64,000 nucleotides of DNA from a virus. A model generated the notes under the pieces. That model searched no databases. It was not told the DNA's origin and was given only the letters and a program-made list of their open reading frames with translations. The stretch spans positions 32,001 to 96,000 of the IMG/VR virus record IMGVR_UViG_3300042453_003743. One strand, written 5' to 3'. A program made the position numbers and the translations under genes. Shown in pieces: positions 20,403 to 30,067 of the stretch; position 1 is the first letter of the stretch; the number at the start of each line of letters is the position of its first letter.

Positions 20403-21469
20403 AAGCTATAAGTTATTTTTATGCCAGCTGGGGCTTTATCAGCTAAATATGCCATAAGGGATGTTTGACCACTGACGCTTAATCCAGTAACATATATCTT
20501 TACTTCTCCGGGCAAACCGCTTGTCACTGTTATTTTTGTAAGGTCATCCGTGCCAGATATATTTGATGCTAAAATTGCATTTTTATAATCATTTATCGTA
20601 ACACATCTTTCATAACCAGTTACTTTAAAATTTAATCTATTTTTTGCTTGTTTGAGGTCTAAAAGATCGTAACCTCCAGCTGGAGAGTCGGTAGTCCCAA
20701 AACTAATGTCTGATCTCGCATTTATAACAGCGCTATTGCCAATACTCCCATTTGACTGTATTCCGGTCACCGTTACTCTATATCTTGTAGTGATGTCCAT
20801 TGCTGTGGGCAAATTGGTTGTAACTACATACCCAAGATTGCTGTTTTTGATTACATAATGTTTATTATTTGTTGTTGTTACTTTTGAAATGTTTGTAACT
20901 TCTGTCCACAATTCAGTTGTATTTGTATACGTATCAGTAACAGTAAAAGTTACTGTTTCTGGATCTATAGTATAAGGTATTTCAATTGATTTGGTGTTAT
21001 AGTCATACTCATTATATGAATACACTAAACCAGAATAAAGGGATTCGGTGACACTCGTATTTGGCAAAATTTTATTTTTATTGAAAAAATAAATTTCAGA
21101 ACCTTTAGTCGTAGTGGCTGTAAAAGTTGAATAAGCTTCTAACGTAATACCACCAGTAGTGATTGTTCTTGTTGTTTTTGCTGTTTTTGTTGGTTCAAGC
21201 AATACCTGAGAATTTGATGCAATACCCAGCAAGCCATTCAAATTTGTGCACGTTGAAGCAAATGTGTTCAGATAGCCATATTGTGCATAAACTCCATTGT
21301 AAGCGGTCGCAGTGGCAAGTATGTTTATCAACATGCTTATAGCACTAGCAGGATTATCATAATCTAGATCAGAAATATCATCTTGTTTTTTAAAAAAAGA
21401 TATTAATGAAGATTTTATATTATTAAAATCAAGAGAAGCTACATTTAATTTTTTAAGATCATAAGCCAT
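20399..21469 (-). CDS. gp6: Baseplate wedge subunit gp6 (short)
   Basis: LDFNNIKSSL, LDYD, RCVTINDY, PGEVKIY; start taken at MAYDLKK (21469). Confidence 0.85.
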   Translation of the reverse strand: MAYDLKKLNVASLDFNNIKSSLISFFKKQDDISDLDYDNPASAISMLINILATATAYNGVYAQYGYLNTFASTCTNLNGLLGIASNSQVLLEPTKTAKTTRTITTGGITLEAYSTFTATTTKGSEIYFFNKNKILPNTSVTESLYSGLVYSYNEYDYNTKSIEIPYTIDPETVTFTVTDTYTNTTELWTEVTNISKVTTTNNKHYVIKNSNLGYVVTTNLPTAMDITTRYRVTVTGIQSNGSIGNSAVINARSDISFGTTDSPAGGYDLLDLKQAKNRLNFKVTGYERCVTINDYKNAILASNISGTDDLTKITVTSGLPGEVKIYVTGLSVSGQTSLMAYLADKAPAGIKITYSL

Positions 21470-21849
21470 TATATTTCTACCTCGACAAAACAAGACGATT
21501 TGTTTTGATTGTGAATTTTAGTCATTGTAGTATAGTCAACTTTAAATTCAATGTTTGAATCAGTAAAAGATAAAATATTTACACTAACATTTGTCAAATA
21601 GTATATTTGTGAATGTATATCTGCAGCCAACTTTATTTGAACAACTCCAGCATCTATTTTACCACCAAATATATAATTAAAATAATCTGATCCTAAATTT
21701 TTATCACCAGGCAATTCTCCTTTTTGAGTCTTTGCAACTTGCTCTACATATTGGCTAATTGCATTAAAACCAGTAACAAACCCCACATCTTTTTTTGATG
21801 ATGGTGTATTCAATTTTTTAAGTGTAATTTCAAAATCTTTAATAGCCAT
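21469..21849 (-). CDS. gp25: Baseplate wedge protein gp25
   Basis: KDF...AISQ...TQKGELP..LGS motif; start MAIKDF behind a late promoter. Confidence 0.75.
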   Translation of the reverse strand: MAIKDFEITLKKLNTPSSKKDVGFVTGFNAISQYVEQVAKTQKGELPGDKNLGSDYFNYIFGGKIDAGVVQIKLAADIHSQIYYLTNVSVNILSFTDSNIEFKVDYTTMTKIHNQNKSSCFVEVEI

Positions 21850-21862
21850 CAAAATATTTATA

Positions 21863-22669
21863 TCAAATATATGTTGCGCCCAAATCACCTATTTGGGATA
21901 GAGAAAGCGAAGCTTCGTGGCTTGTTGGTGTTGCTACGTGTTTTATTCCTACAATATAATAATATCCATTCGTATAAGAATCGGTTTCTGCATAAGGATA
22001 ACCGCTGGCCGCATTTACATTTAAGTAAACAAGTTGTCCCAATTTTAAACTAAAATCACCAGCAACAGTAACATCAATTTTCTTTGCATATTTTAAAGCA
22101 TCTAAAAATTCTGCTCTATCAACTGGAGTTTGCTTTGGTGTGTTCCAAAATGTTGCATTATTGAGTCTTAATTTTGCGTATGCTTCAAACATAGGACGTA
22201 TTTCTGGGCAAGCGCAGCTATAGTCAGCACCGGGGGACCCCCATATACAACCTTGCCAATCGCCTCCGAGTTTATCCGTTATTTGCACACATTCTACGGA
22301 GTTATCATCAAAGTATGAGTCAACTCCATCTTCATAACTTATTAAATCTGGTGTTTCTGGAACAGTGGTTGCCCCTTTCCATAGTGTATAACTTTCTGTT
22401 GTTGCTCCAGTCGGGCCAGCAGAGCCACTCGGTCCACTTGCACCAGTTGGTCCAGTTGTTTTTAAAAAACCCAAATCTTTTGCTATATTTTTTATTGTTG
22501 GAAATTTTTCAAAACATTTATCTAAACTTTCAGGTATAGAAGTTGCACCACGATTTAAAAATGCATTGGCACACTCATAAGTTCCCTTGGAAGTTACTGG
22601 ATAGAAAGCTTCTTGAGAATAATTTGTACCATACGTTTTAATTTGTTTTGGTTCAGCTTTTTTTGCCAT
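21863..22669 (-). CDS. Baseplate hub-related protein (C-terminal gp27-like module)
   Basis: VAGDFSLKLGQLV...NGYYYIVGIKH typical hub C-terminus; G-x-T repeats; start at MAKKAEP because the longer upstream frame overlaps the next gene. Confidence 0.6.
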   Translation of the reverse strand: MAKKAEPKQIKTYGTNYSQEAFYPVTSKGTYECANAFLNRGATSIPESLDKCFEKFPTIKNIAKDLGFLKTTGPTGASGPSGSAGPTGATTESYTLWKGATTVPETPDLISYEDGVDSYFDDNSVECVQITDKLGGDWQGCIWGSPGADYSCACPEIRPMFEAYAKLRLNNATFWNTPKQTPVDRAEFLDALKYAKKIDVTVAGDFSLKLGQLVYLNVNAASGYPYAETDSYTNGYYYIVGIKHVATPTSHEASLSLSQIGDLGATYI

Positions 22670-22680
22670 TTTATTCTCTC

Positions 22681-24696
22681 TTATAATACAGGCCCACCAC
22701 CGCCGGGCTCCTCTCCGCCACCTTCGGGACCAGTGCTTCCAGTCCCCCCAGTCCCCCCAGTACCACCCGTACTTCCTGTTGTTCCAGTCGTTTCGCAGCA
22801 ACCATCTACAACATTTTCGACTGTGAAGTAGTATACATAATTTTCTCCATCAGAGTGTTTACAGAGCCTCACAATGTGAAATATATTTTCTGCTGGGAGC
22901 AGATTTGCAGTTTTTGCTCCCACTGGTCTAAAATAAAAATTATCTGGTAAACAAGAGTCTACCCAACCCGGAGGAAGATAAGTTCCGGTGATCCCACGTT
23001 CATTTAAATTAATTGCCCAACTTTCATCTTGGGTTGCAGATGATTGAAGACCACTATCCAGTGCCCATTTTTCTATTTGATGGTAATAAGTCCCCCCGGT
23101 ACTTCCAGTTGGTCCAGCTGGTGCTCCAACTATAGGAGGACCCTGACCAGTAGATCCTGTGGTGCCCGTTACACCCGGATCATAAACCAATTTTGACCAT
23201 TTATATCTGTATTTTTTTGCGTTAGCCTTTGTTCCGCTTACTGGTGTCACATTATCAATTTCATATCTTTGCAATAGGGCAAAGAAACAATCTTCCCGAT
23301 TTCCCATACAACACAATGAATACATTATAAAATTTTGAAGCTCTATATCTCTAATTTTTTGCAATCTATCTTTTGAACCTTTTATTTTAGATTTAAAAGC
23401 CTCATATCGTATATCCAATACTTTTGATAAGTTTGTTGCTGCTGTGCTGGATGAACCATCTGGATAATTTGGATGGACTTCAGTCATATCAAACATATTT
23501 TTCCACATATCTGCCGTATCCACATAAGGCATTATTCCAGTAAGTCCCATCAAAGGAAGCCCTGCGTAAGGTGCGTCTAGACCGAATTGATTACTTATGT
23601 GATTTAAATAATTTTCAGAGTTTACAGCATCTAAGTCTGTATAAAATCCCCAGTGGGAATCATAAACCAATTGATCTGCTCCAGGTATGCCTTGTGTAGC
23701 TCCACCACTTGCAACCAATTCAATATTATATTTTTCTCCTTCATCTTGGAACTGAAAGGCCAAGGCTTTTATTGCATAAGATTCGTCAGCTCCCGTACCC
23801 GTTGGTTTTAAATCTAAAAACTTAGGAGTTTTTTTGATGTAATAATAATTTTTAGAAATGTATTGAAACCCAGGATTACTTAATACGGCATATGCTTTTC
23901 TATAAAATTTATCATCAGATAAACGACGAACTACATCATCGCCATCATATACGCCTATTCTTCCGTAATTTGAATCAATTGTGGAAAATGAAGGATCGTC
24001 CGCAGGAATTCTGTGAAAATATTTAAAATTAATTTTTGACTGCAAATCGGTCCAAAATAAAAAATTAGGTTTTTTATTTACTAAATCTACAGCATACGTA
24101 GAAAGATAGTTTAAATACTGTATTGGGTTATCTGAAGGAAGGTTTTCTCTAGTCCCAATAGCATTTAAGGGTTTGTATAACACAAAATTTGATGTTTTAT
24201 CTACAGTTCCTAACCCACCAACAGATCCAAAACTTTTTTGACTTATTTCTTCTACAAATTTATCAATAATTTCAATTACAGGTTTTTTATAACCCAAATC
24301 TTCAATTAAAGATGTATTTTGAGCTGTTTTATATATTTCAGTAGAAAAATATATTCCAACAAAATTTTCTTCCGTATCCGATGATGCATTATTCAAATAA
24401 CTGGCTGAAGTTATTACAAACTTATAATCTGGTTGCGGAGTATCAAACAAAGATACAACTATTTTTGTTATTTCAAATTGCAATATTCTACTAAGAATGT
24501 CTTTTCTATCTTGAACAATAAGAACACCATTTGGAAAAACATCATTAATGTTTTCCACCATTTCTATTCTTTCAAATAAACATTCTGTATTGGATTTTGT
24601 TATATCGACAGATTCACTCCCATCATCATTTGTTAAAAATATTCCGCTAATATTGGAATATGCTGGATTAAAATTTGGTCTGGAAGTATTAGGCAT
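22681..24696 (-). CDS. Baseplate hub protein (gp27-like N-terminal part) with G-x-T repeat tail
   Basis: IEMVENINDVFPNGVLIVQD, NFLFW..; follows gp53. Confidence 0.6.
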   Translation of the reverse strand: MPNTSRPNFNPAYSNISGIFLTNDDGSESVDITKSNTECLFERIEMVENINDVFPNGVLIVQDRKDILSRILQFEITKIVVSLFDTPQPDYKFVITSASYLNNASSDTEENFVGIYFSTEIYKTAQNTSLIEDLGYKKPVIEIIDKFVEEISQKSFGSVGGLGTVDKTSNFVLYKPLNAIGTRENLPSDNPIQYLNYLSTYAVDLVNKKPNFLFWTDLQSKINFKYFHRIPADDPSFSTIDSNYGRIGVYDGDDVVRRLSDDKFYRKAYAVLSNPGFQYISKNYYYIKKTPKFLDLKPTGTGADESYAIKALAFQFQDEGEKYNIELVASGGATQGIPGADQLVYDSHWGFYTDLDAVNSENYLNHISNQFGLDAPYAGLPLMGLTGIMPYVDTADMWKNMFDMTEVHPNYPDGSSSTAATNLSKVLDIRYEAFKSKIKGSKDRLQKIRDIELQNFIMYSLCCMGNREDCFFALLQRYEIDNVTPVSGTKANAKKYRYKWSKLVYDPGVTGTTGSTGQGPPIVGAPAGPTGSTGGTYYHQIEKWALDSGLQSSATQDESWAINLNERGITGTYLPPGWVDSCLPDNFYFRPVGAKTANLLPAENIFHIVRLCKHSDGENYVYYFTVENVVDGCCETTGTTGSTGGTGGTGGTGSTGPEGGGEEPGGGGPVL

Positions 24697-24697
24697 A

Positions 24698-25549
24698 TTA
24701 AATATATTTTGCTGTTACAAATAGGCTTTTAATTCTTCCCGTTACTGACTTATCAAATGCTTTTATTTCTTTTGAAGAACTGTTAAGATAATCTTCTAAA
24801 GTTGCAATATCTGATGATGATGTATTGCCAGATCCAATAAGAACTGGTTCTAGGGATGCAGCATCAAATCCTTTTGGTGGTGCATTGCCAGTCAATTTTG
24901 TTTGATTTACATATTTTCCGGTAGTTGAATTAAAAAGAGTTAATGTTCTAGATGTAGACGGTACGATAGAACTTGAATATAGTAATTTTTGAATACCATA
25001 AGATCCCCCATCATTTGGATATATTACCACATAAGAACCGCCCGTGGTCCCTTCTGTTAATATAGTACCATTTTTTTGTTTTTTGGTTATCATGGAGTCG
25101 CTTGAATAAAATTCATCTTCAATTAGTGTAAATGCTCCCTCTATGTTAAAATTTCCAACTGAGGAAAACGATGCTGAATTTCCGCTGTTTGCTGTATACT
25201 GTAAAATTATACTACCTTTGGGAAATACATAACTAGTTGTTCCCGATAAATCACCCGCAAATCCTACACTAAATTTACCAGCTTCATTTTTTTTAAAAAC
25301 CGTTGCATTTGGTGGTGATATTTTAAACGGATTTATTTTATTATTTGCTAAAACAAAAAGCCAAAATGAATCTGGATTATCATATATTCTGTTAGATGCC
25401 TCTACTAAGGTAGTTCTGTCATCCAGTTCCACATTAGTTTTTTCAAAAGTAATATTATACGGATCAATATAAGTAAAAAAATCAGAAATAGAAAATGATC
25501 CTATGGTAGATTCAAAAGAAATTTTTGGTAAATTATCATAGTATTTCAT
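24698..25549 (-). CDS. gp53: Baseplate wedge protein gp53
   Basis: MKYYDNLPKI, IYDNPDSFWLFVLANNKINP (LysM-like gp53 motif). Confidence 0.85.
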   Translation of the reverse strand: MKYYDNLPKISFESTIGSFSISDFFTYIDPYNITFEKTNVELDDRTTLVEASNRIYDNPDSFWLFVLANNKINPFKISPPNATVFKKNEAGKFSVGFAGDLSGTTSYVFPKGSIILQYTANSGNSASFSSVGNFNIEGAFTLIEDEFYSSDSMITKKQKNGTILTEGTTGGSYVVIYPNDGGSYGIQKLLYSSSIVPSTSRTLTLFNSTTGKYVNQTKLTGNAPPKGFDAASLEPVLIGSGNTSSSDIATLEDYLNSSSKEIKAFDKSVTGRIKSLFVTAKYI

Positions 25550-25565
25550 TTTTTACACTCTAAAA

Positions 25566-26384
25566 TTATTGATTCATCGCAGAAATTTCAGACTTAGAAT
25601 ATACGCCACCGGAACCATAACTGTCTGCGCCTCCTGGAACGTAGGTGCCAGTTTCAAATTCGGTAAACTGCAAACCCAGTAACGTCACAGATGACGTGCC
25701 GTTAGGTAAATATCTGACAACCGGATCTGCATTATCATTTCTTTTTACCATGACAGTATTTAGAACACATACTAGGGGTTCACCCAACCAGTCTGCGGTA
25801 AGATCATCTTCATTACCAAATCCAACTGCGCCATTTCCTTTTGTAATTTTTAAAGACCATAAACTTTGTGGATATGATCTTTCTGGTAAATTTGAAGCAA
25901 GAACCGGATATGAAGACTTTCTAAAAGAACCAACAATCTGTTCCACAGCCTCTGCCTCATCAGAGTTTTTTGGAACAAAGATGTATTGGAAAAAATACTG
26001 TTTTCTTGCTTCCGAAATCATAGACATTTCAGCTATATTGCTGAATCTTCTATAGGTTGATGTGGCAAAAACTCTTTCATAGTAAGACATAGCCGGAGCA
26101 GCCATTCTTTCAAGCTGTCTGAGAATACCACCACTCCCAGCATTTGCTATACCAGCCTTTGTTAGGATCGGACCTACGGGGTTGCTGTTGCTTTCGCCAA
26201 ATTCGTGTTGGGCAACATAACCCGGTTCTTTTGCCAACGGCAATTTTATGTGGTTAAATGCTCTAGAAATTATGTTCCAGCGAGTTCTCTGAGTATTAAT
26301 CAATGAATAGTCGGCAGCAAAAAAGTTTAACCACAGTGGTTGTTCTGAAGCATAATTGCCTAAAGGGTATTGAAAGAAAGCCAT
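25566..26384 (-). CDS. gp48: Baseplate tail-tube cap gp48-like
   Basis: FQYP start, RKQYFFQYIFVPKNSDEAEAVEQIV, LQFTEFE. Confidence 0.75.
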   Translation of the reverse strand: MAFFQYPLGNYASEQPLWLNFFAADYSLINTQRTRWNIISRAFNHIKLPLAKEPGYVAQHEFGESNSNPVGPILTKAGIANAGSGGILRQLERMAAPAMSYYERVFATSTYRRFSNIAEMSMISEARKQYFFQYIFVPKNSDEAEAVEQIVGSFRKSSYPVLASNLPERSYPQSLWSLKITKGNGAVGFGNEDDLTADWLGEPLVCVLNTVMVKRNDNADPVVRYLPNGTSSVTLLGLQFTEFETGTYVPGGADSYGSGGVYSKSEISAMNQ

Positions 26385-26415
26385 TTTAAATATTTAGATA
26401 AATAACCTAAATATT

Positions 26416-26838
26416 TTGATGGCATATAAAACAAAATATAAACCCATAAATAGGGAAAAATATGTGGGTGATATAGAAACCATTACATGCCGTTCACTTT
26501 GGGAACGCTCTGTATGCAAGTTTCTGGATGAAAATGAAAACATATTAAAATGGTCTTCTGAAGAATTGGCAATTCCATATGTCAACCCATTTGATAAAAA
26601 AATTCATAACTACTATCCAGATTTTTTAATACAATTCAAAGAAAAAAATAATTTAAAAAATTGGATAGTGGAAATAAAACCCAAAAAACAAACGCTTCTA
26701 AAAGAAAATGCATCTAAAAAAGAAAAAATTACTTGGCTAATAAATCAAGCAAAATGGAAGGCAGCTGAAGCTTATTGTTTGAAACATAATTTTGAATTCA
26801 AACTCCTAACCGAAAAAGAGATATTTTCTAATGGCTAA
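26416..26838 (+). CDS. gp4: Head completion nuclease gp4 (TnsA-like)
   Basis: KYVGD..ITCRSLWER, WSSEELAIPY, YYPDF, EIKP, NQAKWKAA. Confidence 0.92.
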   Translation: MMAYKTKYKPINREKYVGDIETITCRSLWERSVCKFLDENENILKWSSEELAIPYVNPFDKKIHNYYPDFLIQFKEKNNLKNWIVEIKPKKQTLLKENASKKEKITWLINQAKWKAAEAYCLKHNFEFKLLTEKEIFSNG

Positions 26839-27400
26839 TCCACAAAATTCAATATTTGAAATAAAAAACTTTTTTCAACGGCACAGCGGTTTACAGAGAG
26901 ATAATAGGTATACTGTAAGCTTTAGCGGATTGCCAACGGGCGTTCCTGCTTGGGGTGAAGAAGATTTGTATTCAATATCCACTGCTGCAGGTGCAAGAGG
27001 AATTGATGCAATTGCAGACAATCTGGCAGGCTATGGGCCAGGAAGAATTGTGCCGAGATCACAAAAATTTGTTGGTGGTATATTATTGACTTTTCCTGTA
27101 ACAAATGATAATTTTATAACTGATTTTTTTCACATATGGTTTAACAAAATTTATTCTGGTGGCAATACAAATTCTTCCTTCAATGCACCATATGTTGTGC
27201 AATACTATGACGATATAGTAAGAAATGTTAAAATGCGATTAAAAATTTTAAATCCAAATGGGGAAGTAAATAGAATAATAACATTCAATGAAGTTTTTCC
27301 AATAGAATGTATGCCGTTTGAATTTAATATGATGCAAGCAAATGAATATTTAAAATATCAAGTTTTAATGAATTATCGCGATTTTACAGTTGGAAATTAA
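26831..27400 (+). CDS. Tail-tube initiator, gp54/gp19-family
   Basis: GLQRDNRYTV, YYDDIV, FNEVFP tube-family motifs. Confidence 0.7.
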   Translation: MANPQNSIFEIKNFFQRHSGLQRDNRYTVSFSGLPTGVPAWGEEDLYSISTAAGARGIDAIADNLAGYGPGRIVPRSQKFVGGILLTFPVTNDNFITDFFHIWFNKIYSGGNTNSSFNAPYVVQYYDDIVRNVKMRLKILNPNGEVNRIITFNEVFPIECMPFEFNMMQANEYLKYQVLMNYRDFTVGN

Positions 27401-27401
27401 T

Positions 27402-28064
27402 ATGGAAATTTTAAAACAAATAAACTCATTTTTACCAAAATATAAAACTACCTTGCCTTTTTGTAAAAAAGAAGTAATTTTTGTGCCTTTTAGAGTAAAA
27501 GATGCAAAAAATATAGCTACAATTTTACAAGAACAAAACAGACATCTTGCTTTTATAGCAATGATTGATATTGTTAAAAGGAACTGCGAAAATATAAATC
27601 CAAATGATTTGTGTCTAGCGGACGCAGAATATCTTTTTTTACAAATAAGATCAAAGAGTGTTGATGAAACTTTAAATCTTATTTACAATAAAGAAAAAAT
27701 TCAAGTTAACATATCCGAGATAAAACCAATAAATGAAATACAAGAACAACAAATAAACATAGGAAACGACATTTCTATTGTTGTAAAAACACCAACTATA
27801 AAAAATTTGTTAAAATTAAAAAATACAGAAAAAGAAGATTTTATAAAAGCATCAATTAAGAATGTAATATTAAAAAATGAAATATACGATTGTTCAAAGT
27901 TTGTGCCAGAAGAATTAAAAGAAATACTAGCAAATCTCCCCCTATCGATTATAACAAAATTGGATGATTTTTTGAAAAAAGAACCACAGTTAAAATTGGA
28001 AGTTAATACATCGGAGGGAAAAAAGGAGGCATCTGGATTACTAAATTTTTTTACTTATCGGTAA
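27402..28064 (+). CDS. gp26: Baseplate hub assembly protein gp26
   Basis: LPKYKTTLP, PFRVKD, DAEYLFLQIRSKSV, C-terminal GLLNFF. Confidence 0.88.
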   Translation: MEILKQINSFLPKYKTTLPFCKKEVIFVPFRVKDAKNIATILQEQNRHLAFIAMIDIVKRNCENINPNDLCLADAEYLFLQIRSKSVDETLNLIYNKEKIQVNISEIKPINEIQEQQINIGNDISIVVKTPTIKNLLKLKNTEKEDFIKASIKNVILKNEIYDCSKFVPEELKEILANLPLSIITKLDDFLKKEPQLKLEVNTSEGKKEASGLLNFFTYR

Positions 28065-28105
28065 AGTTTTTTGATCTAGCTGATTATTTTTCTACAAACT
28101 TTACC

Positions 28106-28261
28106 ATGATGTACAAATATAATTGGTCGTTGAATGAAATAGAATCTATGTGCCCATGGGAAAGAGAAATTTACTTAAACTTAATAGTAACAAACGAAGA
28201 AAAAAAGAAACAGTATGAAATGGAACAAGCAATGTTAAGAGGAGGTATGCCCAATGGATGA
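28106..28261 (+). CDS. gp51: Baseplate hub assembly catalyst gp51-like (not in ORF track; probably reached by -1 frameshift from gp26)
   Basis: Manual translation MMYKYNWSLNEIESMCPWEREIYLNLI...; the frame is open upstream back to the T7 run at 28046-28052. Confidence 0.8.
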   Translation: MMYKYNWSLNEIESMCPWEREIYLNLIVTNEEKKKQYEMEQAMLRGGMPNG

Positions 28262-28820
28262 AGAAAATATATCAATGGATTTTGAGGCAGAAAAACAACT
28301 GATGTCTCCTATAATCCAATTCAATGAATCCGATGAGGTTGAAGCTCTTCAAAATCCAATGTTTGAAACTCCATTACCAGAACCAATCTTGATAAAAAGT
28401 AATGATATTGAGTTAAATTCAGAGCCTATTATAAATTCTTTTTCAGATCAAAATCAAACAGCACAAAATAGTCTATTACCAGAACCAGAATTTATTGCAG
28501 AAACAATGCAGATACAGCTGCCTGAAGCAGAGTACATAGTTCCAACCAAAACAACAGATTCATTTTCAACGCAACAGGTTCAGTCACAGTTTTCTAAAAC
28601 TATGCAGTCTTCGACAGTAAATAACGATCTGGATATTGTTTACCAAAAAACCAAAACGCTAGAAGCGGAGATAATTGATATCCAAAATGCAAATATCAAA
28701 GATGGTTGGTTGCAAACAAATGAAAAGGATAGGTTCGAAGAAAGGCCAACAGTAGAACCCAATAATCTTGTTTTTGAACAAAGAAAAATGAGGATGTCAA
28801 CTTTGCCCGAATGGGCATAA
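28254..28820 (+). CDS. Hypothetical acidic protein at the tape-measure (gp29) syntenic position
   Basis: 188-aa ORF overlapping the gp51-like stop. Confidence 0.6.
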   Translation: MDEENISMDFEAEKQLMSPIIQFNESDEVEALQNPMFETPLPEPILIKSNDIELNSEPIINSFSDQNQTAQNSLLPEPEFIAETMQIQLPEAEYIVPTKTTDSFSTQQVQSQFSKTMQSSTVNNDLDIVYQKTKTLEAEIIDIQNANIKDGWLQTNEKDRFEERPTVEPNNLVFEQRKMRMSTLPEWA

Positions 28821-28844
28821 AAAAAGCCCCTTTCGGGGCTTTTT
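28819..28844. terminator. Bidirectional terminator between convergent genes
   Basis: AAAAAAAGCCCC-TTTC-GGGGCTTTTT. Confidence 0.9.
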
Positions 28845-29701
28845 CAATCTTTATCCATTTCTGAGAAATACTGCAGTGGATCTTTATCCTCTACATCCTC
28901 AACAACAGAAGTTTCCTCAACATCATCTTCAATGCTCTTGCTTTCGGTAAATTGTGCACGAATGTCGTCCCCAACAGACTTCTTGAAACGAGCATTGAGT
29001 TCGTCAAAACTCTTAAACTGACTCTTATCAACAAAGGGCTTGAGGGGATATTGCTTCTTCCAAATTTCCTCAAGTTTTTTATCATCCCCACCAAATAGAG
29101 GTGCTGGAGAAGAAAATTCGCTGCGGTCGTAATTTACATAACCACCAACATTTCGAATTTTAATTTTAAAATCTGCCCCAGACCAAAAATTAAATGGATC
29201 CACGGCGACTTCGTCCTGAAACTCTGGATGCGCTAGGCTTTGAATTTTTTGAAAGATTTTTGTTCCGTATTGATAAAGAAAAACTTTTCCCTTGTTTTCC
29301 GGATTTGCTGGGTCTTCGATGACCAAGATATTTGAAATATAGGTTAGCTTGCGCTTACGTTGACGTGCAACGTTTTTATCATCTTCAATTCCACTATTCC
29401 AAAGTTCAGTATTTGCCGAACAGACCGGACATTTTTCACCAATAGTGGTAGGACAATTTTCATAAAACCATCCACCCTTACCTTTAAATGTGTGGCTATA
29501 GACGGCGACAAACGGACTATCTTCTCCGGCAATTTCAGGAAGAAAACGGATAACAGCATATCCATTTCCAGCCTTATCAATACCTGGCTTCCACAGCCTC
29601 TCGTCTTTATACCCCTCTTTAGAGGTCATCTTATCAAGACGCTCGGTGAGTGCTGCGACTGAATTCTTACTCTTCTTTTTAAAATCTGAAAAATTTCCCA
29701 T
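28844..29701 (-). CDS. gp32: Single-stranded DNA-binding protein gp32
   Basis: DERLWKP..DKAGNGYAVIRFLP, ENCPTTIGEKCPVC, DPFNFWSGADFKIKIR; start MGNFSDF. Confidence 0.96.
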   Translation of the reverse strand: MGNFSDFKKKSKNSVAALTERLDKMTSKEGYKDERLWKPGIDKAGNGYAVIRFLPEIAGEDSPFVAVYSHTFKGKGGWFYENCPTTIGEKCPVCSANTELWNSGIEDDKNVARQRKRKLTYISNILVIEDPANPENKGKVFLYQYGTKIFQKIQSLAHPEFQDEVAVDPFNFWSGADFKIKIRNVGGYVNYDRSEFSSPAPLFGGDDKKLEEIWKKQYPLKPFVDKSQFKSFDELNARFKKSVGDDIRAQFTESKSIEDDVEETSVVEDVEDKDPLQYFSEMDKD

Positions 29702-29756
29702 GTGTTTCTTTCCCCAAGGAACTACCTTGGCCTTTGTTAAAGTATTATAGTAGCAA

Positions 29757-29990
29757 TCATTCAAAAGGCAAACGTTTTATTTTTCTTTTTTTGATAAAGT
29801 GCAAAGTTATTGCTTCTGCTTCAATTTTTTCTATTAACGGCTTGGTTAGCAATTTTCCAGCAGCATTCGGTTCAATATTCATCTCTTCTGCAAGTTCTAA
29901 AACACAATCCATAAAAGGTAGTTTTGTAGATTTTACTCTCTCTATTACCTTAGTAGAAAATTTTTCTTTTGCAGAATCATCTATGTACAT
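29757..29990 (-). CDS. gp33: Late transcription co-activator gp33
   Basis: FSTKVIERV...MDCVL...KLLTKPLIEKIEAEA...LP; upstream of gp32. TTGCTT-N17-TACAAT lies 5 nt before the ATG at 29990. Confidence 0.82.
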   Translation of the reverse strand: MYIDDSAKEKFSTKVIERVKSTKLPFMDCVLELAEEMNIEPNAAGKLLTKPLIEKIEAEAITLHFIKKRKIKRLPFE

Positions 29991-30067
29991 GCTATATTGT
30001 ATCCCATAATCCCCAAAAAGCAATAATAAAAAGTATCTAAATATTCTAGAACTATTTAGAGGATAAA

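Noticed and set aside
26416-26838. TnsA-like nuclease as a transposon
   Set aside because: Matches the core T4 head-completion protein gp4 in its usual position; no other Tn7 genes or ends.
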